A stretch of 32,000 bases of DNA from Candidatus Thorarchaeota archaeon (GCA_048882505.1 JBHLRO010000002.1:240001-272000); one strand, 5' to 3'. Positions 17,010 through 26,467 are shown, counted from the first letter of the stretch. Made by a program: numbers and translations. The notes: generated by a model from the letters alone, not told the origin.

Positions 17010-18191
17010 TTGAAACTCTCACCTAATGCTTCCAATATTAAATATGCGATTCGGGATATTGTGATTTCTGCTAAACAGGTTGAGAGACAATCAGGCATAA
17101 AGTTATACTATTTCAATATTGGCGATCCGAATAAATTTGACTTTGACACTCCTGATTTCTTGAAAGAGGCTCTAGTTCGCGCAGTTAAGGAAGATAATGC
17201 AAATTACTATAGCGACTCCGCGGGAGATCCTAGATTAAGACAGGAAATCGTCTTGCGACAAAAACGACTCTGGGGGACGTCATTAGACTCTGATCATGTG
17301 TTAGTAACCACCGGAGTGTCTGAAGCGATTTCATTTGTTGCCGCCAGTTTGGCACCTGGAACAGAAGTATTGGTCCCTTCCCCCCTATATCCGTCATACT
17401 TGTCCTATTTTCGTTTCCACAATGTTGTACCAATCCAATATTATACACGAGAAATTGAAGGATGGCAACCCGATGTGGATGATATTGCGAAGAAAATCAA
17501 TGAAAAAACCCAGGCGATTCTTATTATAAATCCAAATAACCCTACTGGTGCGGTCTATTCCTCCAAGGTCATAAAACAGATAACTGATTTAGCCGGAGAA
17601 CATAACTTATTAGTTATATCGGACGAGATTTACGATCTTCTCACCTTTGAGGGCTCGTTTCGCTCTGTAGCGTCATTAACCGAGATTCCCGTCCTTGAAT
17701 TGAATGGTATTTCAAAAACCCTTCTATCACCAGGATGGCGGCTGGGTTGGGTGACCCTACGGGATGATCAAGCTCAATTCGAGGAATTTTGGGAATTGCT
17801 GGCAAAACAATCAAGAATTAGGCTGTGTGCAAGCACACCGATGCAAGTAGCTGTTAGTAAGGTTCTAAATCGGGAAATGAGCCATGTTCCAGAGTTTATC
17901 AAAAAAATTAAACAGAGATCAGATTATTTCACAAAACGGATTAATGACATTGACGGACTTTCTGTATCTCCCCCTAAGGGCGCATTTTATGCATTTCCAA
18001 GAATTGAAAAAGATATTGATGATCAAAAGTTTGCCCTGGAACTTCTTCGTACTACTGGGGTTCTTTTTGTCTTTGGGAGTGGTTTCGGAGAGTTAGGTGT
18101 AAAGCATTTCCGATCAGTCGTACTCCCTCGTATTGAAATAATGGAAGAAGCGTTGGATCATGTCGAAGCCTTTGTTCAGAAAATTAGATGA
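17010..18191 (+). CDS. PLP-dependent aminotransferase class I/II (AlaA/aspartate aminotransferase-like)
   Basis: FNIGDP, VLVTTGVSEAI, IINPNNPTGAVY, ISDEIYD, ISKTLLSPGWRLGW (PLP lysine), PKGAFY, GSGFG. Confidence 0.95.
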   Translation: MKLSPNASNIKYAIRDIVISAKQVERQSGIKLYYFNIGDPNKFDFDTPDFLKEALVRAVKEDNANYYSDSAGDPRLRQEIVLRQKRLWGTSLDSDHVLVTTGVSEAISFVAASLAPGTEVLVPSPLYPSYLSYFRFHNVVPIQYYTREIEGWQPDVDDIAKKINEKTQAILIINPNNPTGAVYSSKVIKQITDLAGEHNLLVISDEIYDLLTFEGSFRSVASLTEIPVLELNGISKTLLSPGWRLGWVTLRDDQAQFEEFWELLAKQSRIRLCASTPMQVAVSKVLNREMSHVPEFIKKIKQRSDYFTKRINDIDGLSVSPPKGAFYAFPRIEKDIDDQKFALELLRTTGVLFVFGSGFGELGVKHFRSVVLPRIEIMEEALDHVEAFVQKIR

Positions 18192-18206
18192 TAGTGGAGG
18201 TCTTAG

Positions 18207-18698
18207 ATGACTCAAATCGACGAAGTAAAGAAGATCGAAATTTATCCAATAATAGAACCAAATGAAAGTCATCTGAACGTGAAGGGCCTCAAAGACGATG
18301 ATGGTGGACGGGATCGGACTGGTTTCTTTATCACGGGGATGAAATTCATCAGTATAGAACAGCCTGAACCACGCCGGATTCGAGCTCGAATTTCGTGGCA
18401 TTCTGATAACAAGCAAATTGAGGTTGAAGAGAACGTTTCTTCTATGATGCGAAGGGGAATCGCCTTATCCGTCTTTTACCTCAGAATCAAAAAAGGGGAA
18501 AGTGGTTTACTTGAATTTCAAAATCCCGTAACAATGAGGGGTAACCCGGAATTTTCAGACCGTTCTTTTGAAGGGGCCTCCATTCGTTGTTCCTGGTCTA
18601 ATAACCCGCTGATGCTGGAGCTATCCTCTGCGGAAGGTCGATTTCTCTCTTCTAGAATCCGTACAAAACAGCAAACAGTAGAGATCCGTATTGGGTAA
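18207..18698 (+). CDS. Hypothetical beta-rich protein
   Basis: 163-aa ORF starting 15 nt after the aminotransferase on the same strand; GGAGG SD-like motif upstream; no recognised motif. Confidence 0.65.
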   Translation: MTQIDEVKKIEIYPIIEPNESHLNVKGLKDDDGGRDRTGFFITGMKFISIEQPEPRRIRARISWHSDNKQIEVEENVSSMMRRGIALSVFYLRIKKGESGLLEFQNPVTMRGNPEFSDRSFEGASIRCSWSNNPLMLELSSAEGRFLSSRIRTKQQTVEIRIG

Positions 18699-18825
18699 TA
18701 ATGGAGTTTAACTGATGAAGTAACTTCCCTGGTTTTTTTAGCCTAAATTTACGTCAAGGTAAGGATGAAAATATCTTATCTAATTAGACAAAAATTCCTC
18801 AGGTTACAAAAGAGAACATAGCGAC

Positions 18826-20085
18826 GTGGTTAAGATAATGAGTCCAGATGAAGATGGAACAATGGATCCTGCCTTGCGCAGAATAATGCAGATCCCCGAT
18901 GATCAGGAACTACCAGATGATGCACTTTGTGATGTGATGCTTAGAGCATTGGAGAGTCAACAACTCCTGATACGGTCATCTGCAATACATCAACTCATAG
19001 CTCTTGGAAAAAGCAATCCACAGATGGCTATCCCTAAAATTCTCAACGCGCTTGATCCTTCGATAGATTTTTGGACAGTGAGATTTGGCGCGGTCGAAGC
19101 TCTTGGAGAAATTGCTAATCCTAGCTCGGTTAGACAATTAATCAAATATCTTAGAAGTGACCAAGATCCCGATTTTCGTGCCATGGTTGCAAAGCAGCTG
19201 GGAGTAATGGGTGCTGCGGCCTCCGAAGCGGGGTCCGATTTGATAAATGCATTACAAGATCAAGAAACGTCAGAGATTCGTGAAAATGCCGCCCGAACAA
19301 TAGGTATTCTTCAAGTGAAACAAGCGGTAGATCCCCTTATAAGCGCGTTAAATAACGAAAAGGATGAATACGCAAAGCGCGCCATGGTTTGGAGCCTTGG
19401 AGAACTTAAAAACTCTCAGGCCACTCCAATATTGATTTCACGGTTACGAGACCCGGACAAAGAAACTCGTGCTAATGCCGCAGAAGCGCTCGGTAAAATA
19501 CAAGATGGTGACAGCGTACTCCCTCTTCTAAGTGCATCTAAAGATAGTGATGTAGATGTCCAAAGTAAGGTTATTGCCTCACTGGTAAAACTGCCTGTCA
19601 ACCTTATCGTGTCTGAGGTGGCGAAAGCAGCGAAAGATGACAAGCCCTTGCTAATCCAGTATCTGCAAGATTATTTGTTTAATGTAGATAATGAACTCAT
19701 AGCAAAGAGGGTGATGGAGATTAAGGCTCCTATTCTCGCTAACTGTAAGGAGGAATTGGCCAAAATCAAGACGAACCTCCTCGCATGTAAAGTATTTATC
19801 GAGGAGGCTTTTCAACAGCTTCAATCGATTTCCAAGAAGAAACTCGCTGATATAGTGCAGCGGCAGATCCCATCAGTTGAGTCCCAAATTGCAGGTATCT
19901 CGTTGTACGAATTCCGAAAACATAAATGGCTCGCTGATGATCTGTTTTTCGATTTGGAAGATGTTAATGTCCTATATCGTGAGGCAGGAATCATGGCTTC
20001 AGAACTACGGGACAACGCAACCGCCTTGCTTCAAAAGAAAAAAGTCAAACTGAAGCAAATGCCACCTGATTCACAAAAATCCTAA
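18826..20085 (+). CDS. HEAT (PBS-lyase-like) repeat protein with a C-terminal helical/coiled-coil region
   Basis: About 6-7 repeats of type VRFGAVEALGEI, FRAMVAKQLGVM, IRENAARTIGIL, TRANAAEALGKI. Confidence 0.85.
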   Translation: MVKIMSPDEDGTMDPALRRIMQIPDDQELPDDALCDVMLRALESQQLLIRSSAIHQLIALGKSNPQMAIPKILNALDPSIDFWTVRFGAVEALGEIANPSSVRQLIKYLRSDQDPDFRAMVAKQLGVMGAAASEAGSDLINALQDQETSEIRENAARTIGILQVKQAVDPLISALNNEKDEYAKRAMVWSLGELKNSQATPILISRLRDPDKETRANAAEALGKIQDGDSVLPLLSASKDSDVDVQSKVIASLVKLPVNLIVSEVAKAAKDDKPLLIQYLQDYLFNVDNELIAKRVMEIKAPILANCKEELAKIKTNLLACKVFIEEAFQQLQSISKKKLADIVQRQIPSVESQIAGISLYEFRKHKWLADDLFFDLEDVNVLYREAGIMASELRDNATALLQKKKVKLKQMPPDSQKS

Positions 20086-20116
20086 TCAGACACTGATTCA
20101 TCTCAGTAAAAAGACC

Positions 20117-20326
20117 TCAATCTTCTGATCCGCGTTTTCTAGTAATGGGATCCATTCTAATTATTTTTACACGGCACCCAATCCAATGGGGAGGTAAATA
20201 AACACGTCCACTATTCCCGCTCTTCTTTACAACTTTTTCCAACATTTCTTCCCCGAATACTTCAAATTTGCTCTGTCGTGGGTTGAATTCTTCCATGTTC
20301 GTTTCTTTCCTAGCTAGTTTATCCAA
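20117..20326 (-). CDS. DUF2080 family small protein (AbrB-like swapped hairpin)
   Basis: KFEVFGEEMLEKVVKKSGNSGRVYLPPHWIGCRVKIIR matches DUF2080. The true start is probably ATG at 20296. Confidence 0.8.
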   Translation of the reverse strand: MDKLARKETNMEEFNPRQSKFEVFGEEMLEKVVKKSGNSGRVYLPPHWIGCRVKIIRMDPITRKRGSED

Positions 20327-20780
20327 TGTTCAGCTCTAAGGTAAGATAATCTGATAGTTTAAACCCAACAGAATTAAAGAACTCCACCAAATCTCCCCAG
20401 CTCCAATATGCGATTGTTCTGATCTTTTTGACTCCTTTCTGAATAAAATATTCTATCATTCTTCGGGTTAAAGTCGTTCCTATTCCATGATCCTGGTAGT
20501 CGGGATCTACCCCTAAAAGAGTGATCCAAGCACTAAGATCGTCAGATCCATAGATATATACCTTTGTTTCCGCCAGAATGTAACCAATGAGCCGGTTACC
20601 TTTAAACGCGCCCATTGATTCATCACCGTACTTAGAAATCTGTTCCTCTAACTTTTCTCGAAAGAGTGACGATCGCGTTCTTTGGACGATTTTTTCATCA
20701 ACCTCGATCATGGCATCAATATCTGCTGTGGTTAGAGGGCGAAATGTGATTTGATCATCTTTTTCCTTTGATGCATTCAT
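20319..20780 (-). CDS. GNAT family N-acetyltransferase
   Basis: FRPLTTADIDAM, WITLLGVDPDYQDHGIGTTL (acetyl-CoA motif A), FFNSVGF. Confidence 0.9.
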   Translation of the reverse strand: MNASKEKDDQITFRPLTTADIDAMIEVDEKIVQRTRSSLFREKLEEQISKYGDESMGAFKGNRLIGYILAETKVYIYGSDDLSAWITLLGVDPDYQDHGIGTTLTRRMIEYFIQKGVKKIRTIAYWSWGDLVEFFNSVGFKLSDYLTLELNIG

Positions 20781-21031
20781 ATTTTAACCTTCATTAAGTG
20801 AATATCTAGCACGCTACATTGTCTATCAGAGATTATACTGCTTTTCATCGGTGTTTTAGGTGAAATGTCGTCATTTCCACTATTCTTCTTTAATGCAGAA
20901 AAAATTGTGTTTCTGATAAATACTTAATGGCTATTATCTATTTAACTAGTGTCAAAAAAGACTTCTATTCCTTCTGCATTAGGAATGGTTCTCATCCCTT
21001 ATGTACAGTTGGGCCCTAAATTCCTCCCAGT

Positions 21032-21676
21032 TTAAATGTTCTTTTTGATATTAACTGGCGGCGTTGGACTAGATGATGCCACGATCTTGGTTTCTTCCAT
21101 ACAAATTGGCTTCTCCGTTCGTATAGAATCGAAAATCAATGGAAAAAGGTTCAAAATGCGGTTTGAGTTGTTTGAAAATATAATGGACACGAATTCAGAT
21201 GCAAGGGCATAATCCTCCTTTGAGATATAGTTTTTCCTGAGATTTATTTGGTGTTGAAGCTGAAATATTTGAGCGAAACACTCGGTAAATTTCCGGAGTT
21301 TTTTCCTAACGAATGGATTATCCCTTGTTGTGATAAGGACGGTCAAGAACTGTTGCTGCTGGTTTTCTTCAATTATGACTTTTTTTGTAAAGAAGTCAAT
21401 ATATCTTAGGTGGCCTTTGCTATCGACCACTTCACGAAGCATTCGGGTTATGGCAGTGAATCCCATGCCGATTAGCTGTGGTTCGTGTAGCTGTGCAATT
21501 CGGGCAAGCTGAAAATGATGAGCAAAGAGACACAGTCCATCGTGGATACGGATACAATACAACGAGATTAAGTCGTTCTCGCATACTTCCTTACCTGGCA
21601 ATTGTTGCTGCTTATTCTGGGATTTTTGATTCTTCTTTTGCAGAAGGGTGTCCAGATGAGATTTCATGATTTTCAT
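21032..21676 (-). CDS. Longin-like domain protein (Asgard type) with a Q/K-rich N-terminal tail
   Basis: LYCIRIHDGLCLFAHHF...PQLIGMGFTAITRMLREV...LRYIDF...LTVLIT....VRKKLRKFTECFAQIF matches the longin pattern. Confidence 0.7.
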   Translation of the reverse strand: MKIMKSHLDTLLQKKNQKSQNKQQQLPGKEVCENDLISLYCIRIHDGLCLFAHHFQLARIAQLHEPQLIGMGFTAITRMLREVVDSKGHLRYIDFFTKKVIIEENQQQQFLTVLITTRDNPFVRKKLRKFTECFAQIFQLQHQINLRKNYISKEDYALASEFVSIIFSNNSNRILNLFPLIFDSIRTEKPICMEETKIVASSSPTPPVNIKKNI

Positions 21677-21880
21677 CGTCTAGTATTTTTTGAATAATTC
21701 ATTTTTAAACTCCAAATTTATGGAATTCTTCATCAGGAATATTTTGTGTGTGTTTTTTCCTTTGAAAAGGGAATGAGGACTTTTTTCATGGACATTTAGA
21801 CCCCATTTTATTAAAAAATGATAAAATAAACTTTTTGGTATGAATGGAAATTATATAGGGAAAAAGAATCTTTTTAGAAG

Positions 21881-23023
21881 TTATTCTTCATCAGATTTCT
21901 TACCTCTTCGAAGACCGAGTAGGGTAACAAGTATGGATATTTCTAGCAAAATGTCGCCACCGAATGTTAGAAAAGGTGAATGGTAAGTAAACCTTGTCCC
22001 ATTAAGATTTTGGACTAATACCGCTTCCAAGGTCCGGCCAACAACACCAAGGGTCACAGGGCTTATTTGAGACAAATCATCCGATGTTGTGTGCCACGAT
22101 TTATAGCGGACCGAGAAATCATCAATAATATCTATTACGGGAATTCCCTTGTTCAAAAATGGAATGTGGTCGTCCTTGATTGATCGTCCAGTGACATTAA
22201 GAAAATAATTAGAATATCCTAACGTAGATGCGGTGCTCCACACGGTTTCAACCAAATCCTTTGAATGTGTATCAGAGTATATTTCTCGCGAGAAAGTTGC
22301 TCCCTTGGCTCCAACCATGTCAAGGAGGATACCAAACGAGAAATCATATCGTCTGAACTCCTCAGATTCTACAAAGTGGGCGCTTCCTAGTATCCAATCC
22401 CATCCTCCAATGTTACCCTGGTCTTCCGCATCAACGAACAATAGCATAAAGTTAGTAATGTTGTATTTAACGAGGACACGACCGATCTCCAAGCTTACAG
22501 CTACACCAGAGGCCCCATCATTAGCACCTGGAACTGGTTGTGTTCGTTTTTGAGGATCAGGATCTGCATCAGCCCATAATCTCGTGTCATAATGAGCTAA
22601 TAAGATGAAAGTCTCCTCAGAATCATTGAAATCCTTTGGGAGGCATATCACATTAACAATTGTAATATTTTGGCCATCAATCCAAATTTTCGAAAAATTT
22701 TGGTAAATCACGCTCCATTCCTGTTGATTGAGGAGTTCCGTCCAAATTAATCTTCGAACTTTCTCAATCCCGGTTGACCCAGGATAACGAGGTCCCAGAT
22801 CTACTTGCTTTTTGACAAGTTCAAATGCATAAGATTGATTAAACTTGAAATCATTGGGGAGATTGCCCTGTAGTCTTGACTTATTATGATAAGGCGGATC
22901 ATTCGCTCTTAATTGAACAGTCAATCCACTTACAATGCAAATGACAAGAATTGTACTATATAGGATCTTTTTCAGTCTCTTCGGTTGTCGATTCCCAATC
23001 TGCCACAATGTCACGAGCCTCAC
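21881..23023 (-). CDS. M28 family zinc peptidase / glutaminyl cyclase-like, secreted with a C-terminal membrane anchor
   Basis: LLAHYDTR, PGANDGASGVA, FVDAEDQG, LLDMVG, DDHIPFL, WHTTSD; N-terminal hydrophobic helix; C-terminal TM plus RRGKK. The start is uncertain because it overlaps the upstream gene by 68 nt. Confidence 0.9.
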   Translation of the reverse strand: MRLVTLWQIGNRQPKRLKKILYSTILVICIVSGLTVQLRANDPPYHNKSRLQGNLPNDFKFNQSYAFELVKKQVDLGPRYPGSTGIEKVRRLIWTELLNQQEWSVIYQNFSKIWIDGQNITIVNVICLPKDFNDSEETFILLAHYDTRLWADADPDPQKRTQPVPGANDGASGVAVSLEIGRVLVKYNITNFMLLFVDAEDQGNIGGWDWILGSAHFVESEEFRRYDFSFGILLDMVGAKGATFSREIYSDTHSKDLVETVWSTASTLGYSNYFLNVTGRSIKDDHIPFLNKGIPVIDIIDDFSVRYKSWHTTSDDLSQISPVTLGVVGRTLEAVLVQNLNGTRFTYHSPFLTFGGDILLEISILVTLLGLRRGKKSDEE

Positions 23024-23915
23024 TAGCGTATTTCAGAGCTTTTTCGTCCAAATGCGGATTAAACTTCTCCGTAGCTTCAACCGAGTCAAGCTCTTTCAAG
23101 TTCTCCTCGACTAGTTCTGTGTATTCATTTAGTTCAGCACTCTCGGCAGCGTCCCGTGCAATCTTAAGGGCATTTCTTGCCTCTTTATACCGCTGATCTT
23201 TGGCGGATAGCAATGCCTTAGCCATAAGCCCCGATATTATGGCATCGAGTTTACCTGATGATAAAGATCGTTTTAGAATCTCATCAATTTCGGAAAGATC
23301 AAGATTGATTGTATCTTTACCGCTCCATTCTGATTCACTATCCAATAGATTTGCCGCTTGGGTTGATTCCTTGATGAATTGTGCTGTTGCCTGAGTAAGT
23401 TGCGTTAGTTCGCGAGATGTTGATTCTAGTACTGCCCCTACTTCTCGTACAATCTTTTGTCCTTCCTTTCCGATTTTTTCTATTAGCGTACCCACAATCC
23501 CTGGGAGTGAATTTTTCCTGATATCTTCTTGATGCTGATTTATTTCTTGGAGGAGGTATTCGGGTGTGATATCAATTGGTTCGAGGAATACGGCTACCTT
23601 TGCACTTTTCTTGGCGAATTGGAGCACAGCAACTTTTTTTCGTCTTAATCCGTCACGAACTGAACCGATTTGACCATCGATCAAGTCCCCAAATTGATAC
23701 ACACGCTCTTTTAAGGGATCCATAGAACTAGGACTAAATAATAGATTCTTCTTCTGAAAATATAACATCCCCTCTTCATTATGTATGTCAGTTTCCGGAT
23801 TTTCCTTTTTTAAGATAGCTCGGTATCTTTTGGGATCGTTAGTGTCCACAATAAGACCTCCTTGTAAGTCCGTGTTACTTGGTTCGCTTTTTAAATATGC
23901 TCGGATCCTAAACAA
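22956..23915 (-). CDS. Hypothetical protein with an alpha/beta N-terminus and long amphipathic/coiled-coil helices
   Basis: 319-aa ORF in the same orientation as the downstream M28 gene; no recognised family. Confidence 0.7.
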   Translation of the reverse strand: MFRIRAYLKSEPSNTDLQGGLIVDTNDPKRYRAILKKENPETDIHNEEGMLYFQKKNLLFSPSSMDPLKERVYQFGDLIDGQIGSVRDGLRRKKVAVLQFAKKSAKVAVFLEPIDITPEYLLQEINQHQEDIRKNSLPGIVGTLIEKIGKEGQKIVREVGAVLESTSRELTQLTQATAQFIKESTQAANLLDSESEWSGKDTINLDLSEIDEILKRSLSSGKLDAIISGLMAKALLSAKDQRYKEARNALKIARDAAESAELNEYTELVEENLKELDSVEATEKFNPHLDEKALKYASEARDIVADWESTTEETEKDPI

Positions 23916-23926
23916 TTGGGTTTAAT

Positions 23927-24415
23927 ATGACTACCATAGCGGATTCCTCGTCTGCGTTTGATGAAATTTCCTGTGGAGGGGTTCCTTTTTACCTTAAAAA
24001 GGATGGAGAACCGTTATACTTATTAGTTTTGCACAATGGTCCACATCCCTATTGGGCTTTCCCTAAGGGACGTCAAATCGAAGGTGAATCTTACGAACAG
24101 ACAGCAATCCGGGAAATTCGGGAAGAGACCGGACAATCGCAATTTCAAATTGTCAAACGGCTCATTGGTGATTCTATTTACTTTCCTCAACGTGGAAAGA
24201 AGACTATTGTTAAGAAAGTGGTCTTTTTTCTTGTCCATTTTAATTCTAAAGACGTTGTACTCTCTTCGGAACATTCAGATTTGCATTGGGCAACCTATAA
24301 CGAGGCCCAAGCCCTGCTAAAATTTGATGGGTACTTACGTGTTCTAAACGAATCTCATGAAATTCTCATGAATCAAAAAGAGCACCCTAACGATTCCCAG
24401 CTCAAAAACCTTTAA
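23927..24415 (+). CDS. Nudix hydrolase (Ap4A hydrolase/NUDT2-like)
   Basis: Nudix box WAFPKGRQIEGESYEQTAIREIREETG; KKVVFFL...LS.EH....W as in Ap4A hydrolases. Confidence 0.9.
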   Translation: MTTIADSSSAFDEISCGGVPFYLKKDGEPLYLLVLHNGPHPYWAFPKGRQIEGESYEQTAIREIREETGQSQFQIVKRLIGDSIYFPQRGKKTIVKKVVFFLVHFNSKDVVLSSEHSDLHWATYNEAQALLKFDGYLRVLNESHEILMNQKEHPNDSQLKNL

Positions 24416-24442
24416 AAAATGGAAAAAAGGAGTAGAATCGAG

Positions 24443-25870
24443 TTACGCGACTCTACTGGAGACAAATCGAACTTTTGCATCCTTTTGCTGTTGTTTACGA
24501 ACTACTACTACGCGTGCCCACTTTTGAGTGGCTCTTTGCTCAAGATCGGGGATTTGATCCTTATCCTTGACAAACCAACCCAGAATAACATCTATGGGCA
24601 AAAAGAAGGCTTTTCCTAACGCAGATAGAGCGATTTGACCAGGAGTCGGCCGCTGACCTGTTTCTTCAGCAACCACTTCCAAGTTGACTATCATTTTACC
24701 GAGGGTCTGACCGTAGTAAGTTTCCATAAACAAAAAATACAGAAACATGAATATTGATGTTGGGGTAAAAGAAACGAAGAGGGGTCCAGAAGACCATAAG
24801 GACCAATCTCTAATTCCGAAGAAGAAAAGAAAGGTCAAGGTATTTGCGACGGCACCAACGATAAAGAGATCGATTAACCAGGCCCAAAACCGAGACCATC
24901 CATCGGCTACAACGAGCTTCTCACCCGTGGGCTCAAATACTTCAATTTTCTTTTCTGTGATCATTTTGTCTACAGTTGTCCGATCCTCCGAGAGCAGAAT
25001 TTCACCGCATTGCGAACAAAAGGCACTATCAGGTTCGTTTAGCGATCCGCAATTGCTACATTGAAGTTGATACTTTGGTTCCACCCTAGCTATCGGTTCC
25101 ACCCTCTGTGCAGGGGCTCCGTAATAGTAGCGAACCCGTTGAGGGTGAGTTTTCTTGCTGCGGATTCCACTCCATAGAACTATAACCGCAAGTAATGTGA
25201 ATAGCCCTCCTATTATCACTAAGATCCATCCTATGGCTCCAACAATAGGTACTCGGGCGCCAATACTGAAAGAGATCTGCACATGACTAGCTAATTGGCT
25301 ATCGAAGGTATTATAATTGGCATGCATAATAATGACTGCAAGAGATCCGCCTGAAAGGGCTTCTAATGTAGGCGCCCACTCAAATGTTTGATCCGTATCC
25401 TTTAGCAGCCAATTAACCGAATCGGGGTCAGGAGCAGCCCAAGTTGTGGTATTTGATACTGTATTCATTTCTATCGTTGCAGTAGGCCTCGATCCAAATT
25501 CGAAATCTTCAAGGAATCTTAGATTTGTAATTTGAATGTAATTTACACTCGCCAGTAGATCATTGGCTTCAGATGCGGGTAGTATCCCCGCAAATACATC
25601 ATTGCCGTTTACGTCCCGAGCATTCATCTTTAGCGTAAGGAAGTTTGATGGATCAATACCGACTCCTACTTGAACATTATCTAATGGTATATCAACACGA
25701 ACAGCGGCATACCCGTCAAATGGACCAACGTCTATTGATGAAGTCATAAAGTAGCCTTGACTATCAGTGAAGATGGGAACAACTAAAAGGATGGCACTTC
25801 CCGCGAGGACGATCGGGAGGCCAATAATCAATATGAATAATCCAGCAACTATTTTGATTGCACTTGCCAT
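24443..25870 (-). CDS. Membrane protein: TM, extracellular domain, TM, double zinc ribbon, RDD domain
   Basis: Likely start is ATG at 25870 (MASAIKIVAG); the ORF track extends to 25957. CSNC..N..DSAFCSQCG zinc ribbon; RDD motifs SRFWAWLID, YFLFMETYYGQTLGKMIVNLEVV, QRATQKWARVVVV. Confidence 0.8.
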   Translation of the reverse strand: MASAIKIVAGLFILIIGLPIVLAGSAILLVVPIFTDSQGYFMTSSIDVGPFDGYAAVRVDIPLDNVQVGVGIDPSNFLTLKMNARDVNGNDVFAGILPASEANDLLASVNYIQITNLRFLEDFEFGSRPTATIEMNTVSNTTTWAAPDPDSVNWLLKDTDQTFEWAPTLEALSGGSLAVIIMHANYNTFDSQLASHVQISFSIGARVPIVGAIGWILVIIGGLFTLLAVIVLWSGIRSKKTHPQRVRYYYGAPAQRVEPIARVEPKYQLQCSNCGSLNEPDSAFCSQCGEILLSEDRTTVDKMITEKKIEVFEPTGEKLVVADGWSRFWAWLIDLFIVGAVANTLTFLFFFGIRDWSLWSSGPLFVSFTPTSIFMFLYFLFMETYYGQTLGKMIVNLEVVAEETGQRPTPGQIALSALGKAFFLPIDVILGWFVKDKDQIPDLEQRATQKWARVVVVRKQQQKDAKVRFVSSRVA

Positions 25871-26002
25871 TTTTTCATCCTTCCAAGATGTCGATGATGA
25901 ACTCCGAGTTGTTCTATAAAATAATAAAGATTTCGGCAGATCTTCTCTCCAGACCACGGGTTCCCTTTTCTGTTGAAGGTAATTGTCCGACTTTTTAGTA
26001 TC

Positions 26003-26329
26003 TTAAGGACCAACACGGGTGGAATATTTTTCTAACGATTTAAGGAGCTCGTCCTCTAAGCTAATCCCAAGTGAATTCGTGAGACATAATAGTGCGAATA
26101 AAAGGTCTCCACATTCTTCTGCCACTTCCAGGAGAGCGCCCTTCGTATGCCGCGTTTTTTGATTAGCGAGGGGGTCAGGAGTTACTCGCAGGCCTCCGTA
26201 AGCTTGAACTGCTCGTGAAAGTTCTCCTAATTCTTCTGTCAGGGCTGCCAGCATCCATGGAAGATTCCAATAACCTCCATGATGCATAATGAACTCATCT
26301 ACTCGTTTAGATAACTCTTTCAGGTGCAT
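26003..26329 (-). CDS. MazG-like nucleotide pyrophosphohydrolase (YpjD type)
   Basis: GGYW....LAALTEELGELSRAV...EECGDLLFALLCLTNSLGISL. Confidence 0.9.
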   Translation of the reverse strand: MHLKELSKRVDEFIMHHGGYWNLPWMLAALTEELGELSRAVQAYGGLRVTPDPLANQKTRHTKGALLEVAEECGDLLFALLCLTNSLGISLEDELLKSLEKYSTRVGP

Positions 26330-26467
26330 GGCTATCCTCTTTTACATGGTGATCTGTTCTTCTTCCTCCCCCAAGATATTTTTAAGGCTTAAAAACTCCC
26401 CCCCTAAACGTTTATGGGCATTCCGAAATGATAATTCCATCACGATAAGTACAACAATCCCGTTTAT

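Noticed and set aside
16057-19643. ORFs 16057-16245, 16307-16498, 16320-16553, 16477-16920, 17230-17448, 17335-17529, 17884-18096, 18114-18416, 18990-19184, 19416-19643
   Set aside because: They overlap better-supported genes in other frames or on the other strand.
20117-20326. DUF2080 as evidence of a mobile element
   Set aside because: The family label says transposon-associated, but there is no transposase, terminal inverted repeat or target duplication nearby.
21725-21894. 12-nt direct repeat ATTCTTCATCAG at 21725 and 21883
   Set aside because: Only two copies of an AT-rich 12-mer; no array or spacer regularity, so probably chance.
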